A stretch of DNA of 64,000 bases from an uncultured bacterium (GCA_963786935.1 CAWBAN010000002.1:384001-448000), one strand, 5' to 3'. Positions 39,872 to 49,265 are shown, numbered from the stretch's first letter. Notes: generated by a model not told the origin, from the letters alone. Made by a program: numbers and translations.

Positions 39872-40086
39872 ATTGCTCCCGCAGGCAGTTCCCAAGAGCC
39901 ACTAATCTTGGGAGCCAGATTATCTATTGCGTTAACCGCTTCTAACTCCCTGGCTCTTATTCAATTTTATCATCGCGTCTCTTCCCGGGCACAGAATCCC
40001 GGGCTCGCTCGTGTCCGCCGATAGATGGAACTTCACCTGCTCGACCTTCGTATTACAAGTGGGGCCTATCCAGGGGACAAGATCGT

Positions 40087-41364
40087 ATGAACGCTATGCT
40101 CGACGCCGAAACCAAGTACAGGCTTCTGGCGCGGATTTCACACGAAATTTGCGACACGTTGGATCTGAATGAGATACTGAATCATTTGCTGGATATGGTG
40201 AATTCCGTAATGGAGTACGATGCGGCAGGCATTTTCGTCCTGAGCGAGGACTTCTTCGAGCCGCAAGGAAGACGGATGAAAACGCTCATCGATGGCATCG
40301 TATTGCGCGGATTCGATTTGCTTCCCAGGAGGATCGATCCGATGGTCAGCGAAGGGAAGGGGATAGTCGGGCACGTGATCCGAACCGGCGAGTGCGTGGT
40401 GGCTTCCGATGTGCGCGCCGATTCCCGCTACGTCCAGGGTCGAAAGGAAACGCTTTCGGAAATCGCCGTTCCCATCGTGAGAGATGAACGGGCAATCGGC
40501 GCGTTGAATTTGGAGAGCGATACGATCGGGGCCTACAGCGACGGCAATCTCGAGATTCTCCGCTTCTTCGCCGATGCCGCGGCCATCTCGATCGACAAAG
40601 CCATGCTGCACCGGCAAATTCTAGAGAAGAAGCGCATCGAGGACCAACTGAATGTCGCGCATCAGGTACAGTCGCGCCTCCTGCCGGAGAATCCTCTGGA
40701 AGTTCCCGGCTATGATATCGTCGGCACTTCCATCTCGGCCTTCGGCGAAATCGGAGGAGACTATTTCGATTACCTGCAGCTCCCGAACGGCCGAATCGGC
40801 ATCGTCGTGGCGGACGTCTCCGGGCACGGGATCCCTGCAGCGCTGATCATGTCGGCCTTTCGCGCGCTCCTGCGAACGCAGGCTCAGCGAGAGTCAGAGC
40901 CCGATCTCATCGCCAAAGCCTTGACACGGCTGCTCCCTGAGTTTATCGGGGAGGAGCACTATGTGACCTCCGTGTACGGGGTGTTGGATCCCATGAACGG
41001 CCGATTCAACTATATCAACTGCGGACACAAAGCTCCGATGCTCTTTCGCGCCGACGGCCGGATCGAACAACTGAAGATCGGAGGTCCCGTTCTGAGCGGC
41101 GCGCTCGCGGATGCAGCGTATCATGTATTTGAGATAGATCTCGCCCGCGGAGATATGCTGGTTATCTATACGGATGGTGTTGTCGAGATCGAGGACGGAG
41201 AAGATGGAGAATTCGGTGACGAGAGACTGAAAATGTTGCTGCAGCGTTCTCTCGATCTCCCGGTTTCGGAGATAATCCGCACGCTTATCAAGACCACTCA
41301 GGAATTCTCCGGCTCGGAGAATTATCATGACGATTTCACGCTCGTTATTGTGCGGCGCATATAG
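40087..41364 (+). CDS. GAF + PP2C/SpoIIE (RsbU-like) phosphatase
   Basis: GAF motif SEIAVPI; GGDYFD, VADVSGHG, YTDGV, DDFT motifs. Confidence 0.92.
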   Translation: MNAMLDAETKYRLLARISHEICDTLDLNEILNHLLDMVNSVMEYDAAGIFVLSEDFFEPQGRRMKTLIDGIVLRGFDLLPRRIDPMVSEGKGIVGHVIRTGECVVASDVRADSRYVQGRKETLSEIAVPIVRDERAIGALNLESDTIGAYSDGNLEILRFFADAAAISIDKAMLHRQILEKKRIEDQLNVAHQVQSRLLPENPLEVPGYDIVGTSISAFGEIGGDYFDYLQLPNGRIGIVVADVSGHGIPAALIMSAFRALLRTQAQRESEPDLIAKALTRLLPEFIGEEHYVTSVYGVLDPMNGRFNYINCGHKAPMLFRADGRIEQLKIGGPVLSGALADAAYHVFEIDLARGDMLVIYTDGVVEIEDGEDGEFGDERLKMLLQRSLDLPVSEIIRTLIKTTQEFSGSENYHDDFTLVIVRRI

Positions 41365-41436
41365 ACGGCTGTTCCGCTTATCATGTTCATGTGCGATCGA
41401 GCTCGAGCCCGGCGTTCCGGTTGAAAAGGAGAAGGC

Positions 41437-42537
41437 ATGGTACCGCGGACATGGATCGTGGGATTCTTCCTGACAGCGCTTCTGGCGGCGGGCGGGACCG
41501 GTTTTGCGGCGCAGCAGGACACGCCGGCCTGGAACTGGAAGGTGTCGACGCCCGACGAGCAGGGATTGGACGGAAAGGCGCTGGCGGAGTTGACGGACCA
41601 GATCCAGGCGGGCGAAGTCTGCCCCAACCTCCATGCCCTCCTGGTCGTCCGGCACGGCGTTCTCGTGCTTGAAAAGTACTTCAACGGCTGGAAGCGAGAC
41701 GAGCTTCACACTCTCCAGTCGGTTTCCAAGAGCTTCACCTCGGCCTTGGTCGGGATCGCCATAGCCCGCGGGGAATTCAAGGGCGTCGACGAGAAGGTCC
41801 TGGACTTCTTTCCGGACATGAAGGACATCGCGAATATGGATGAACGTAAGGCATCCATGCGCCTCGAAGATCTGTTAACGATGCGGAGCGGAACCGACTA
41901 TCACGAGGAAGGTCCGGATTCCCCCCATTACCAGCTCAATAAGCTTCGAAAGGGCTGGGACAAGTTTTATCTCGACAGGCCCATGGTCCGGACGCCGGGA
42001 ACCGGCTTTCAGTACGATAGCGGCGGCGTGATATTGTTATCAGCCATGCTCAAGAATCGCACGGGAATGCACGCCTTGCAATACGCCAAACGGCATCTCT
42101 TCGAGCCGCTCGGGATCAAGACCTATTTCTGGCTCGCAAACATGGAGGGCCACTCCCACGCGGGCGGCGGACTGAACCTGACGGCTCGCGACACGGCCAA
42201 GCTCGGCCAGCTTTATCTCAACAACGGACGCTGGGGAGACGAACAGGTCGTGCCCGAGGAATGGGTGCGGGAATCCTGCAGGATGCACGTCGATCTGGCG
42301 GGCCCGGGCCAGCCGCCGGCCGGGTACGGATATCTCTGGTGGATCGGGGCGCCTGATCCGCGCGGCGACGGCCGCCAATATGTATCCATGGCCCGCGGGC
42401 GCTTCGGCCAGTTCATCTTTGTCGCTCCCGAGCACGACATGGTAGTGGTCATTCTCAGCGTCCCGAAGGAGGGGGACAATCCCTGCAACTACATGTCGCT
42501 CTTCTACGACCGGATCCTCACGGCCGTCGACCGCTGA
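41437..42537 (+). CDS. Secreted serine hydrolase (beta-lactamase/AmpC-like family)
   Basis: Signal peptide; SVSK (SxxK), LLTMRSG, F.YDS, YGYLWW motifs. Confidence 0.9.
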   Translation: MVPRTWIVGFFLTALLAAGGTGFAAQQDTPAWNWKVSTPDEQGLDGKALAELTDQIQAGEVCPNLHALLVVRHGVLVLEKYFNGWKRDELHTLQSVSKSFTSALVGIAIARGEFKGVDEKVLDFFPDMKDIANMDERKASMRLEDLLTMRSGTDYHEEGPDSPHYQLNKLRKGWDKFYLDRPMVRTPGTGFQYDSGGVILLSAMLKNRTGMHALQYAKRHLFEPLGIKTYFWLANMEGHSHAGGGLNLTARDTAKLGQLYLNNGRWGDEQVVPEEWVRESCRMHVDLAGPGQPPAGYGYLWWIGAPDPRGDGRQYVSMARGRFGQFIFVAPEHDMVVVILSVPKEGDNPCNYMSLFYDRILTAVDR

Positions 42538-42646
42538 GCACCGCCGCGGCTATCCAGCCGCCGCCAATCGAGGGGCCCTGATGCCCGTTCCTTGAATCGC
42601 CGCTGCGTGTATCTATGCCAGCCTTGCACCTTCTCGCGAGTCCAAT

Positions 42647-42686
42647 AACAGAGAAAGCTCATGAAGAGGGTTACGCTCGGGGAGCC
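42647..42686. repeat. Dispersed 40-bp att-like repeat, copy 1
   Basis: AACAGAGAAAGCTCATGAAGAGGGTTACGCTCGGGGAGCC; 33/40 and 32/40 identical to copies 2 and 3, ungapped. Confidence 0.85.
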
Positions 42687-42727
42687 ACATTCTTCCCCGT
42701 TGCCGCTATACGGATGGTTACAGAGGC

Positions 42728-43600
42728 GTGACCTTCGACACCCTCAATAGCGAGATCCTCGAGGCCGGTGCTTTCGCATTGCTGAGTGCTTGCCTGAAGG
42801 AGAACTCGCCGACCTGTACAGGTCTGTTCACGCTGGTCAAGCATGATCTCGTAACATTCCACTTCAAGCGGCTTATAGCCGACGTGCCCAGATACGCTGC
42901 GGGGCGGCGCGAGGTCCAAGAAGCGGGCAAGGATGTCATAAAGAAGAAATACAAGCTCATGAATGGGCTGCTGCTTCTGAGCAAGCATCCAATCGAGATG
43001 CCCGTGTTCCATGAAATTCCCGTCGGTCGCACTCAAGCGAAAGAAGACTCGCTGGCCAGGAAGGGCATCATCGCGGCAACGGTGGTGCTCCCCGGCGATC
43101 TTCGATTCCGGGTCGGCCTTACACATGCCAACTGCAACCTGGGCGGATGGAGTCCGGCACACGCAGCCGATCTTGCATATTGGACCGTCATGGGGGCCGA
43201 GACAGGTCCGGCGATCATGATGGGGGATTTCAACGTTAACGGCATGAGTGCCGCCAAATACGATCAGATGGCCGGTATCTTCGCCGGCGTGGGGGCGCTG
43301 GATGCCGTCAAGCAGCTGAACATGCGCGATTTCGTCACCGTAGATGGGGAGAAGAACTTGCTGTGCCAATACTTCTTCCCAAAGAAACCAGACTCTGAAT
43401 TTGAAGCTTCACGCCTTGACCATGTCTTTTACCGGCCGGACGGCCCCGGCTTGATCCTCAAGCCCGAGTCTGCAAAGGTCATCACTGACTGGAAGTACGT
43501 CCCGGCGGATGGGAAAAATGTCGAGATGGATCTATCGGATCATTATCCGGTGATGGTGACGTTCAGCCTCTGGACCGGGCCGAAGCCGATCATCCCGTAG
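42728..43600 (+). CDS. Endonuclease/exonuclease/phosphatase (EEP, sphingomyelinase-like) protein, probably 5'-truncated
   Basis: GLLLLSKHPI, GDFN, RLDHVF, SDHYPV motifs; N-terminal metal-binding motifs not recognisable. Confidence 0.75.
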   Translation: MTFDTLNSEILEAGAFALLSACLKENSPTCTGLFTLVKHDLVTFHFKRLIADVPRYAAGRREVQEAGKDVIKKKYKLMNGLLLLSKHPIEMPVFHEIPVGRTQAKEDSLARKGIIAATVVLPGDLRFRVGLTHANCNLGGWSPAHAADLAYWTVMGAETGPAIMMGDFNVNGMSAAKYDQMAGIFAGVGALDAVKQLNMRDFVTVDGEKNLLCQYFFPKKPDSEFEASRLDHVFYRPDGPGLILKPESAKVITDWKYVPADGKNVEMDLSDHYPVMVTFSLWTGPKPIIP

Positions 43601-43648
43601 CTCCTCGGTGACCCGATCCCCATCTCGGCGAAGTTGCCTGCTCAGAGG

Positions 43649-44017
43649 TCAGCCGCCGTGCTTCGAGTGCCCCTTGCCTTGCTTCTTTGCCGGTTGCACG
43701 TTGTACTTCTTCGCGAGACCCGGCGGCAAGTTCGAATGGCTGATCGTGGCCCAGGATCCGTGGATCGTCTTGCACCGCGCATAGCGTGTTCCGCTATACG
43801 CGCGGTAGTAGTATCCATTGTAGTAGTAATAGTTGGGGTACCCGGTGACGATATACAATCCGAGTTCCGAGTCGAAGACGAGCTCCACGCCGGAGTGAAC
43901 CACGACGCTACCGTGCTCTGCCGCACTCGGGGGGCCGTAGTATCCGGCCGTGCACGATTGGACCGCGAAAGCGGAAACACCCACGACGATCGCCAAGAGC
44001 AGCGTGTTCCATCTCAT
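43649..44017 (-). CDS. Small Tyr-rich lipoprotein with LPPGLAKK motif
   Basis: SD GGAGGAGG; signal peptide ending AVQSC; YYYYNGYYYR. Confidence 0.75.
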   Translation of the reverse strand: MRWNTLLLAIVVGVSAFAVQSCTAGYYGPPSAAEHGSVVVHSGVELVFDSELGLYIVTGYPNYYYYNGYYYRAYSGTRYARCKTIHGSWATISHSNLPPGLAKKYNVQPAKKQGKGHSKHGG

Positions 44018-44235
44018 TCGTCCCACCTCCTCCGTGTTTCGAGCGGCGCCCAGGCCGGGCTCCATGCCTCCCGGGGCGGCCGCGGTGGCCGACTCCCTGC
44101 ATGGTAGCATCCGATTGAGATCGTGTCAAAGGGAATGGTCCTCAACTTTGCGGACCTGGAATATCGTTGTGGCGGGATGACTTTTGTGATAAAATGCACC
44201 CAAAAGGCGGATGAAATAAATAGAAGGGGCGAGAT

Positions 44236-44676
44236 ATGAAAGATGAGAAGCGAGATGAGGCCCGGGATGAGAAGCGAGACGAGCCTCGGGTCGCAAAGCC
44301 AGACGAGCCTCTGGATGAGGAGCGAGACGAGGCTAGTGATGAAGAGTGGGATGATGCAATGTACCCCGAGCGGGATGAGATTCGGGATGAGGAACGAAAC
44401 GAGGCCCGGGATGTGGAGCGAGATGAGGCCCGGGATGAAGTGCGGGATGAGACCCGGGATGAGGTGCGAGACGAGACTCGGGATGAGGAGCGAGATGAGG
44501 CCCGGGATGATGTGCGAGACGAGATCCGGGATGAGGGGCGAGACGAGACCCGGGATACGCAGCGAGACGAGACCCGGGATGTGGAGCGAGATAAGACCCG
44601 GGATGCGAAACGAGACGAGACCCGGGATGCGAAGCGAGATGCGATAAAGGACGATGCGGAGCGAGATGAACCCTAG
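44236..44676 (+). CDS. Highly charged (RDEx)n tetrapeptide-repeat protein
   Basis: SD-like AGGGG before ATG; 146-aa ORF made almost wholly of RDEx units. Confidence 0.55.
   Translation: MKDEKRDEARDEKRDEPRVAKPDEPLDEERDEASDEEWDDAMYPERDEIRDEERNEARDVERDEARDEVRDETRDEVRDETRDEERDEARDDVRDEIRDEGRDETRDTQRDETRDVERDKTRDAKRDETRDAKRDAIKDDAERDEP
44251..44673. repeat. Degenerate tandem array, 12-bp units with 24-bp higher-order period
   Basis: Alternating CGGGATGANNNN and CGAGAYGAGNCC units. Confidence 0.9.
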
Positions 44677-44772
44677 CACATTCAGAGGCCATTTGATAAA
44701 CGGCTTGGCAACTGCAGCTCTTTCCACTTTCTGATCCTCGCAGCTATTGTTTCACTACCTAAGGAGGCATCG

Positions 44773-45261
44773 ATGAGAACAAAAGTGGGTCTGTGGATTG
44801 ACCATAGGAAGGCGCTTATCGTGGCCGTTACGGACAAAGGGGAAGAGCTGGGACTGATAATATCGAAGGCAGAAAAACAGCTCCGGCGTTCTGGCGATTC
44901 ACCTCTTCGGGGCCCCTATGAACCACGGCAGGTACCCGCGGATGATAGCCGCCAGCGAGCTCGTACGAGACACCTCAACCTCTATTACGATGCGGTCATT
45001 GCGTGTGTTGGCGATGCAGAATCCATCTTGATATTTGGTCCTGGTGAGGCGAAGGGTGAACTGAAGAAACGTCTTGAAAGAAAGAACCTCGGTGGACGCA
45101 TCGCGGCTGTTGAGACAGTTGACAAGATGACGAATCGCCAAATTGCGGCGAAGGTTCAACAGCACTTTTCCGAAAAACGCTCGGCGGCAGGATCGAGGCG
45201 GGACTACCTGACGCGCTATTCGCGCGGACGCGAAACGCCGCGCAGCTCGAGAGCACGTTAG
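44773..45261 (+). CDS. baeRF / eRF1-domain-like ('translational machinery') small protein
   Basis: VGLWIDHRKA, YYDAVI, ILIFGPGEAKGEL, VETVDKMT..QIAAKV pattern; SD AAGGAGG. Confidence 0.7.
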   Translation: MRTKVGLWIDHRKALIVAVTDKGEELGLIISKAEKQLRRSGDSPLRGPYEPRQVPADDSRQRARTRHLNLYYDAVIACVGDAESILIFGPGEAKGELKKRLERKNLGGRIAAVETVDKMTNRQIAAKVQQHFSEKRSAAGSRRDYLTRYSRGRETPRSSRAR

Positions 45262-45352
45262 ACTGTCTTGGGACTTGCGGCGAAAATGGACTCTCCGGGA
45301 AGACGGGGGTACGGGCTTCTCAATGGTGCGGCGCGCTGTGCAAGGCACATGA

Positions 45353-45392
45353 AACAGCGAGTGGTCATGAAGAGGGTCGCGTTCGGGGAGCC
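45353..45392. repeat. Dispersed 40-bp att-like repeat, copy 2
   Basis: AACAGCGAGTGGTCATGAAGAGGGTCGCGTTCGGGGAGCC; 35/40 identical to copy 3. Confidence 0.9.
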
Positions 45393-45571
45393 GGTTTTTT
45401 CACGCTCTCCCCGTTCCGAATCCGCCCCGGCGTTCTTGCCGATCTCGTTCGTGCCGGCGGCTGAATTGCAAACACATAACCCGCCGTATATGTTATAATT
45501 ACACGGTAGACATTCATCCGAATTATCGAACGAACCATAGTTTTTATTTGTCGTTTCTATGGAGGAAATTT

Positions 45572-47257
45572 ATGCGTCGGCTCGCTCAGCTTGCTTCGCT
45601 TGTTATCGTCATGTTGCACCTTGCGGCGCCGTCGGTCGACGCCGCATGGCCCGAAAACGGCGCCGCGATATGCGCGGCGCAGAACAATCAGGACTATCCG
45701 CAAATCGTCTCGGACGGTTCGGGCGGCGCCATCATCGCCTGGCTCGATGATCGAGATCCCCCGGCAACGGCGCTCTATGCGCAAAGAATCGATGGCGCTG
45801 GGGCTGTGCAGTGGGTGGCGGACGGCGTTCCTATAAACACGCCGAGCGAATACATTGACCCGCGGATCATGAGAATGGTATCGGACGGGGCCGGGGGAGC
45901 GATAATCGCATGGATCGAGGACGCCGGCGGCGTGTGCAGCGTCGTCGCGCAGAGGGTAAATGCCGATGGAGAGCTGCAATGGTGGACCGGCGGCTCCCCG
46001 GTCGGAAATGCCGGAGGATTGGGCGACTATCTCGAGATGGAGCCGGATGGAATGGGTGGAGCCGTGCTGGCGTGGCAGGTGGCCGGGGGAATTACCAGCG
46101 ATGTTCGCGCCCAGAGAATCGCCCCTCAGGGCTATGTCATGTGGAACGCATCCGGCGTTATCATGGGCACGGCGAGCCACGACCAGAGTGAACCCGCGCT
46201 GATGGGAGACGGGGCCGGGGGCGCAATCGTCAGCTGGAGCGAGCTGACGGGGACATATTATAACATTCGCGCGCAGCGAATCCGGCCGAATGGAACGATC
46301 GTGTGGGCCGCGGGCGGAATCGCCGTCAGCTCGGTCGACAGCCCGCAGTCCCTATCCCGAATCGCCACGGACTTCAATGGCGGCGCCGTGGTTGCCTGGA
46401 CGGATACGAGACTGCCGGCAACGAACAGCGATATCTATGCACAGAGAATCGACTCGATCGGAGTGGCGGCGTGGTCGCCCGCCGGCGTCGCCGTCTGCGC
46501 GGCGGCCGGCTACCAGAGCTCTCCCCGCATCGCGGGCGAATCCTCGGGGGGAACCTATATCGTCTGGATGGACAATAGGGCGATGAACGGCGACATCTAT
46601 GCCCAGCGGCTGCGAGCGGACGGCGCCGCGGCTTGGACCTCCGACGGAATCGCGGTTTGCTCGGAAGCTTCCGTTGAATACGACCCGCAGATCGCGGCCG
46701 ACGCCGAGGGCGATGCGCTGATCGTGTGGCAGGACACGCGATCGGATTATGGGGATATCTACCTTCAGAAGTATGACACGGCGGGGGTCGCGGCGAAGCC
46801 GTCAAACGGCGAGGCCGTCTGCGCGGCGACCAACGATCAGGCTCGACCGCAGCTCATACCTCATGCTCCCGGCGGCGCGTTCATGACATGGATCGACGGC
46901 CGCGGCGGCGCCGAGCTCGACATCTACGCGCTCGCCGTCACGGATCCGACGACGGCCGCCGAACCGCCCGCGGTCGAACGCGCGGTCCGCCTCGACCAGA
47001 ACGTTCCGAATCCGTTCAATCCCTCGACAAGAATCGCTTTCACGCTCGCGGAGCCGGGGACGATCTCGCTGAAGATCTTCGACGTCGCGGGACGTCTCGT
47101 TCGCGTGCTTGCGAGCGGGCAGTTCACGGCGGGCCCGCACGTCGAGATGTGGGACGGCCGGGACCCGAGCGGACGGGCTGTCGCCAGCGGGATCTATTTC
47201 TACCGGCTCGACGCCGGCGCGGTTTTGCAGACGCGGAAAATGGTGGTCGCGCGCTAG
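45572..47257 (+). CDS. Secreted beta-propeller-like repeat protein with C-terminal FlgD-Ig/T9SS-like sorting domain
   Basis: Signal peptide; ~60-aa repeats (DG.GGAIIAW.D.R...DIYAQRI); C-terminal QNVPNPFNPST...SGIYFYRL. Confidence 0.85.
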   Translation: MRRLAQLASLVIVMLHLAAPSVDAAWPENGAAICAAQNNQDYPQIVSDGSGGAIIAWLDDRDPPATALYAQRIDGAGAVQWVADGVPINTPSEYIDPRIMRMVSDGAGGAIIAWIEDAGGVCSVVAQRVNADGELQWWTGGSPVGNAGGLGDYLEMEPDGMGGAVLAWQVAGGITSDVRAQRIAPQGYVMWNASGVIMGTASHDQSEPALMGDGAGGAIVSWSELTGTYYNIRAQRIRPNGTIVWAAGGIAVSSVDSPQSLSRIATDFNGGAVVAWTDTRLPATNSDIYAQRIDSIGVAAWSPAGVAVCAAAGYQSSPRIAGESSGGTYIVWMDNRAMNGDIYAQRLRADGAAAWTSDGIAVCSEASVEYDPQIAADAEGDALIVWQDTRSDYGDIYLQKYDTAGVAAKPSNGEAVCAATNDQARPQLIPHAPGGAFMTWIDGRGGAELDIYALAVTDPTTAAEPPAVERAVRLDQNVPNPFNPSTRIAFTLAEPGTISLKIFDVAGRLVRVLASGQFTAGPHVEMWDGRDPSGRAVASGIYFYRLDAGAVLQTRKMVVAR

Positions 47258-47359
47258 GTTGTGAGGAGCTCGGATTCCGGGAAGCCCGGCTGATGAGTCT
47301 GTTGAAGGCTCGGCAGCCGGGCTTTTTAGCCGGCAGGGCTGCGTGGCGAGTCGCCCCAA

Positions 47360-47399
47360 AACAGAGAGTCGTTATGAAGAGGGTTGCGTTTGGGGAGCC
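47360..47399. repeat. Dispersed 40-bp att-like repeat, copy 3
   Basis: AACAGAGAGTCGTTATGAAGAGGGTTGCGTTTGGGGAGCC. Confidence 0.9.
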
Positions 47400-47459
47400 G
47401 GTTATCATACGCAGAAATCTATCTGGGGAAGGTCACGATGGGGCGAAAGAAAATGCCGC

Positions 47460-47489
47460 TTGACTATACATAGTACTGCAATGTATAAT
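47460..47489 (+). promoter_or_regulatory. PadR-gene promoter with overlapping palindromic operator
   Basis: TTGACT-N18-TATAAT; inverted repeat TATACAT-N9-ATGTATA at 47465-47487. Confidence 0.7.
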
Positions 47490-47518
47490 AGCTCAAGGTA
47501 TCAGGAGCGCACATCACT

Positions 47519-47872
47519 ATGGATATCGACAAGGATCTCGTCGCCGCCTCCGCAACGCCGCTGGTGCTTGCCATTCTCAGCGAAGGCGACAGCTACGGCT
47601 ACGCCATCATCAAGCGGGTGGGCGAGGTGTCGGGCGGGGAGCTCAAGTGGACGGACGGCATGGTTTACCCGCTACTGCACCGCCTCGAGCGCCGGGGGCT
47701 CGTCGAGGCGGTGTGGGGCCTGTCGGAGACCGGCAGGCGGCGCAAATACTACCGCCTGACCCGGGCGGGCGCCGAGCATCTGGCCGGTCAGCGGCGTCAG
47801 TGGCAGACGGTCGACACGGCGCTTCGCGGCGTCTGGCGCCTTGCCGTCGACCCGGCCGTGCAGCCGGGCTGA
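47519..47872 (+). CDS. PadR-family transcriptional regulator
   Basis: SYGYAII, YPLLHRLE..G, RRKYYRLT..G motifs. Confidence 0.92.
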   Translation: MDIDKDLVAASATPLVLAILSEGDSYGYAIIKRVGEVSGGELKWTDGMVYPLLHRLERRGLVEAVWGLSETGRRRKYYRLTRAGAEHLAGQRRQWQTVDTALRGVWRLAVDPAVQPG

Positions 47873-47895
47873 TTCCCAACCACGGAGGAAAACGG

Positions 47896-49265
47896 GTGAC
47901 GAAAGAAGGATTGCAGGAAGAGCGCATCGGGGAATGGCGGCAGTATTTCCGGAGGCGGCAGGCCGTCAGCTCCGTCGACGTCGAGGAGCTCGAGGACCAT
48001 CTCCGCAGCCAGGTCGAGGCGCTGCGCAAAGCCGGCCTTGACGAAGACGAAGCGTTCCTCGTCGCGGTCAAGCGTCTGGGCGATCTGGATTCGATCTCGC
48101 GCGAGTTCGCCCGCGAGTACTCCGAGCGCCTCTGGAAGCAGCTCGTCGTTTCGCCGGGCGCCGGCGCCTCGTCGCCCGCCGCGCATCGGGACACCGCCCT
48201 CGCCGTGGGGCTCGCGATCGCCGCGGCCGTCGCGCTCAAGATCCCTGAGCTCTTCGGCCTTCGACATGCACGGCGCCGGCGCGAACGAGTCTTTCTATCT
48301 CCGTAATATCAGCCTCTTCGTCCTGCCCTTCCTCGCCGTGTTCTTCGCGTTGAAGCGCGGCCTGCGCGGAAGCGGATGGCTTCATGCTGGCCCTTCCGTT
48401 CGTCGCCGCGGCCTTGATCGCGAACCTTCTCCCATTTACGCCGGGAGGTTTCACGGAGGTGCTGGCCGCGATTCACCTTCCCGTCGCGTTGTGGCTCGCG
48501 ATCGGGTTCGCCTATGCCGGCGGCCGCTGGCGCGGCCATGAAGAGCGCATGAACTTCGTGCGGTTCTCCGGCGAGTGGTTCATCTACTACACGCTGATCG
48601 CGCTCGGCGGCGGCATTCTGATAGCCTTCACGGTCTTCATATTCAAGGCCATCGGCCTGAATGCCGAGCCGCTGATCGAGCAATGGGTCGGTCCCTGCGG
48701 GGCGGCGGGGGCGGTCCTCATCGCGGCGTGGCTCGTCGAGTCCAAGCAGAGCGTCATCGAGAGCATGGCGCCGGTGCTGACGCTGCTGTTCACGCCGCTC
48801 TTCGCGGTGCTGCTCCTGGTATTCGTCGCGACCATGATCTTGACGGGCAATGCGATCGACGTCGGACGGGAAGTGCTCATCGGATTCGACCTGCTCCTGG
48901 TGATCGTGCTTGGCCTCTTGCTCTACGCGATCTCCGCGCGCGACCCGCAGGCCCCGCCCGGAAAGTTCGACGGGCTCCGGCTGCTGCTCGTGCTGTGCGC
49001 CCTGCTCGTCGATGCCCTCGCCCTGTGGGCGATGGTGGAACGCACGTCGGAGTTCGGCGTCAGTCCGAACAAGACGGCGGCGCTCGGCCTGAACCTGCTG
49101 CTGCTCGTGAACCTCGGCGGGTCGGCCGTGCTCTACGCGCGGTTTCTGGTGAAACGCGACCCGTTCACGCGCCTCGAGCGCTGGCAGACGGCCTACCTTC
49201 CCGTGTATGCCGCCTGGGCGTGGATCGTGGCGGCGCTGTTCCCGATCATCTTCAAGTACCAATAG
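47896..49265 (+). pseudogene. Permease-prefix-domain membrane protein, two apparent frameshifts (~48260, ~48380)
   Basis: VEELEDHL...AGLDEDEAFLVAVKRLG N-terminal domain continues into hydrophobic segments in ORFs 48038-48541 and 48384-49265; typical PadR partner. Confidence 0.75.

Noticed and set aside
44251..44673. Possible CRISPR or other guide-RNA array
   Set aside because: Units are 12/24 bp with only 3-4 variable bases and no unique spacers. No cas-like gene is nearby, and the pattern fits a coding tandem repeat.
42647..47399. Repeats as integron attC sites or IS terminal repeats
   Set aside because: No RYYYAAC...GTTRRRY palindrome, no tyrosine integrase or transposase, and the copies are direct rather than inverted.
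48240..48400. Programmed frameshifting in the membrane-protein gene
   Set aside because: No slippery heptamer or homopolymer tract; two isolated extra bases are better explained by sequencing error or decay.
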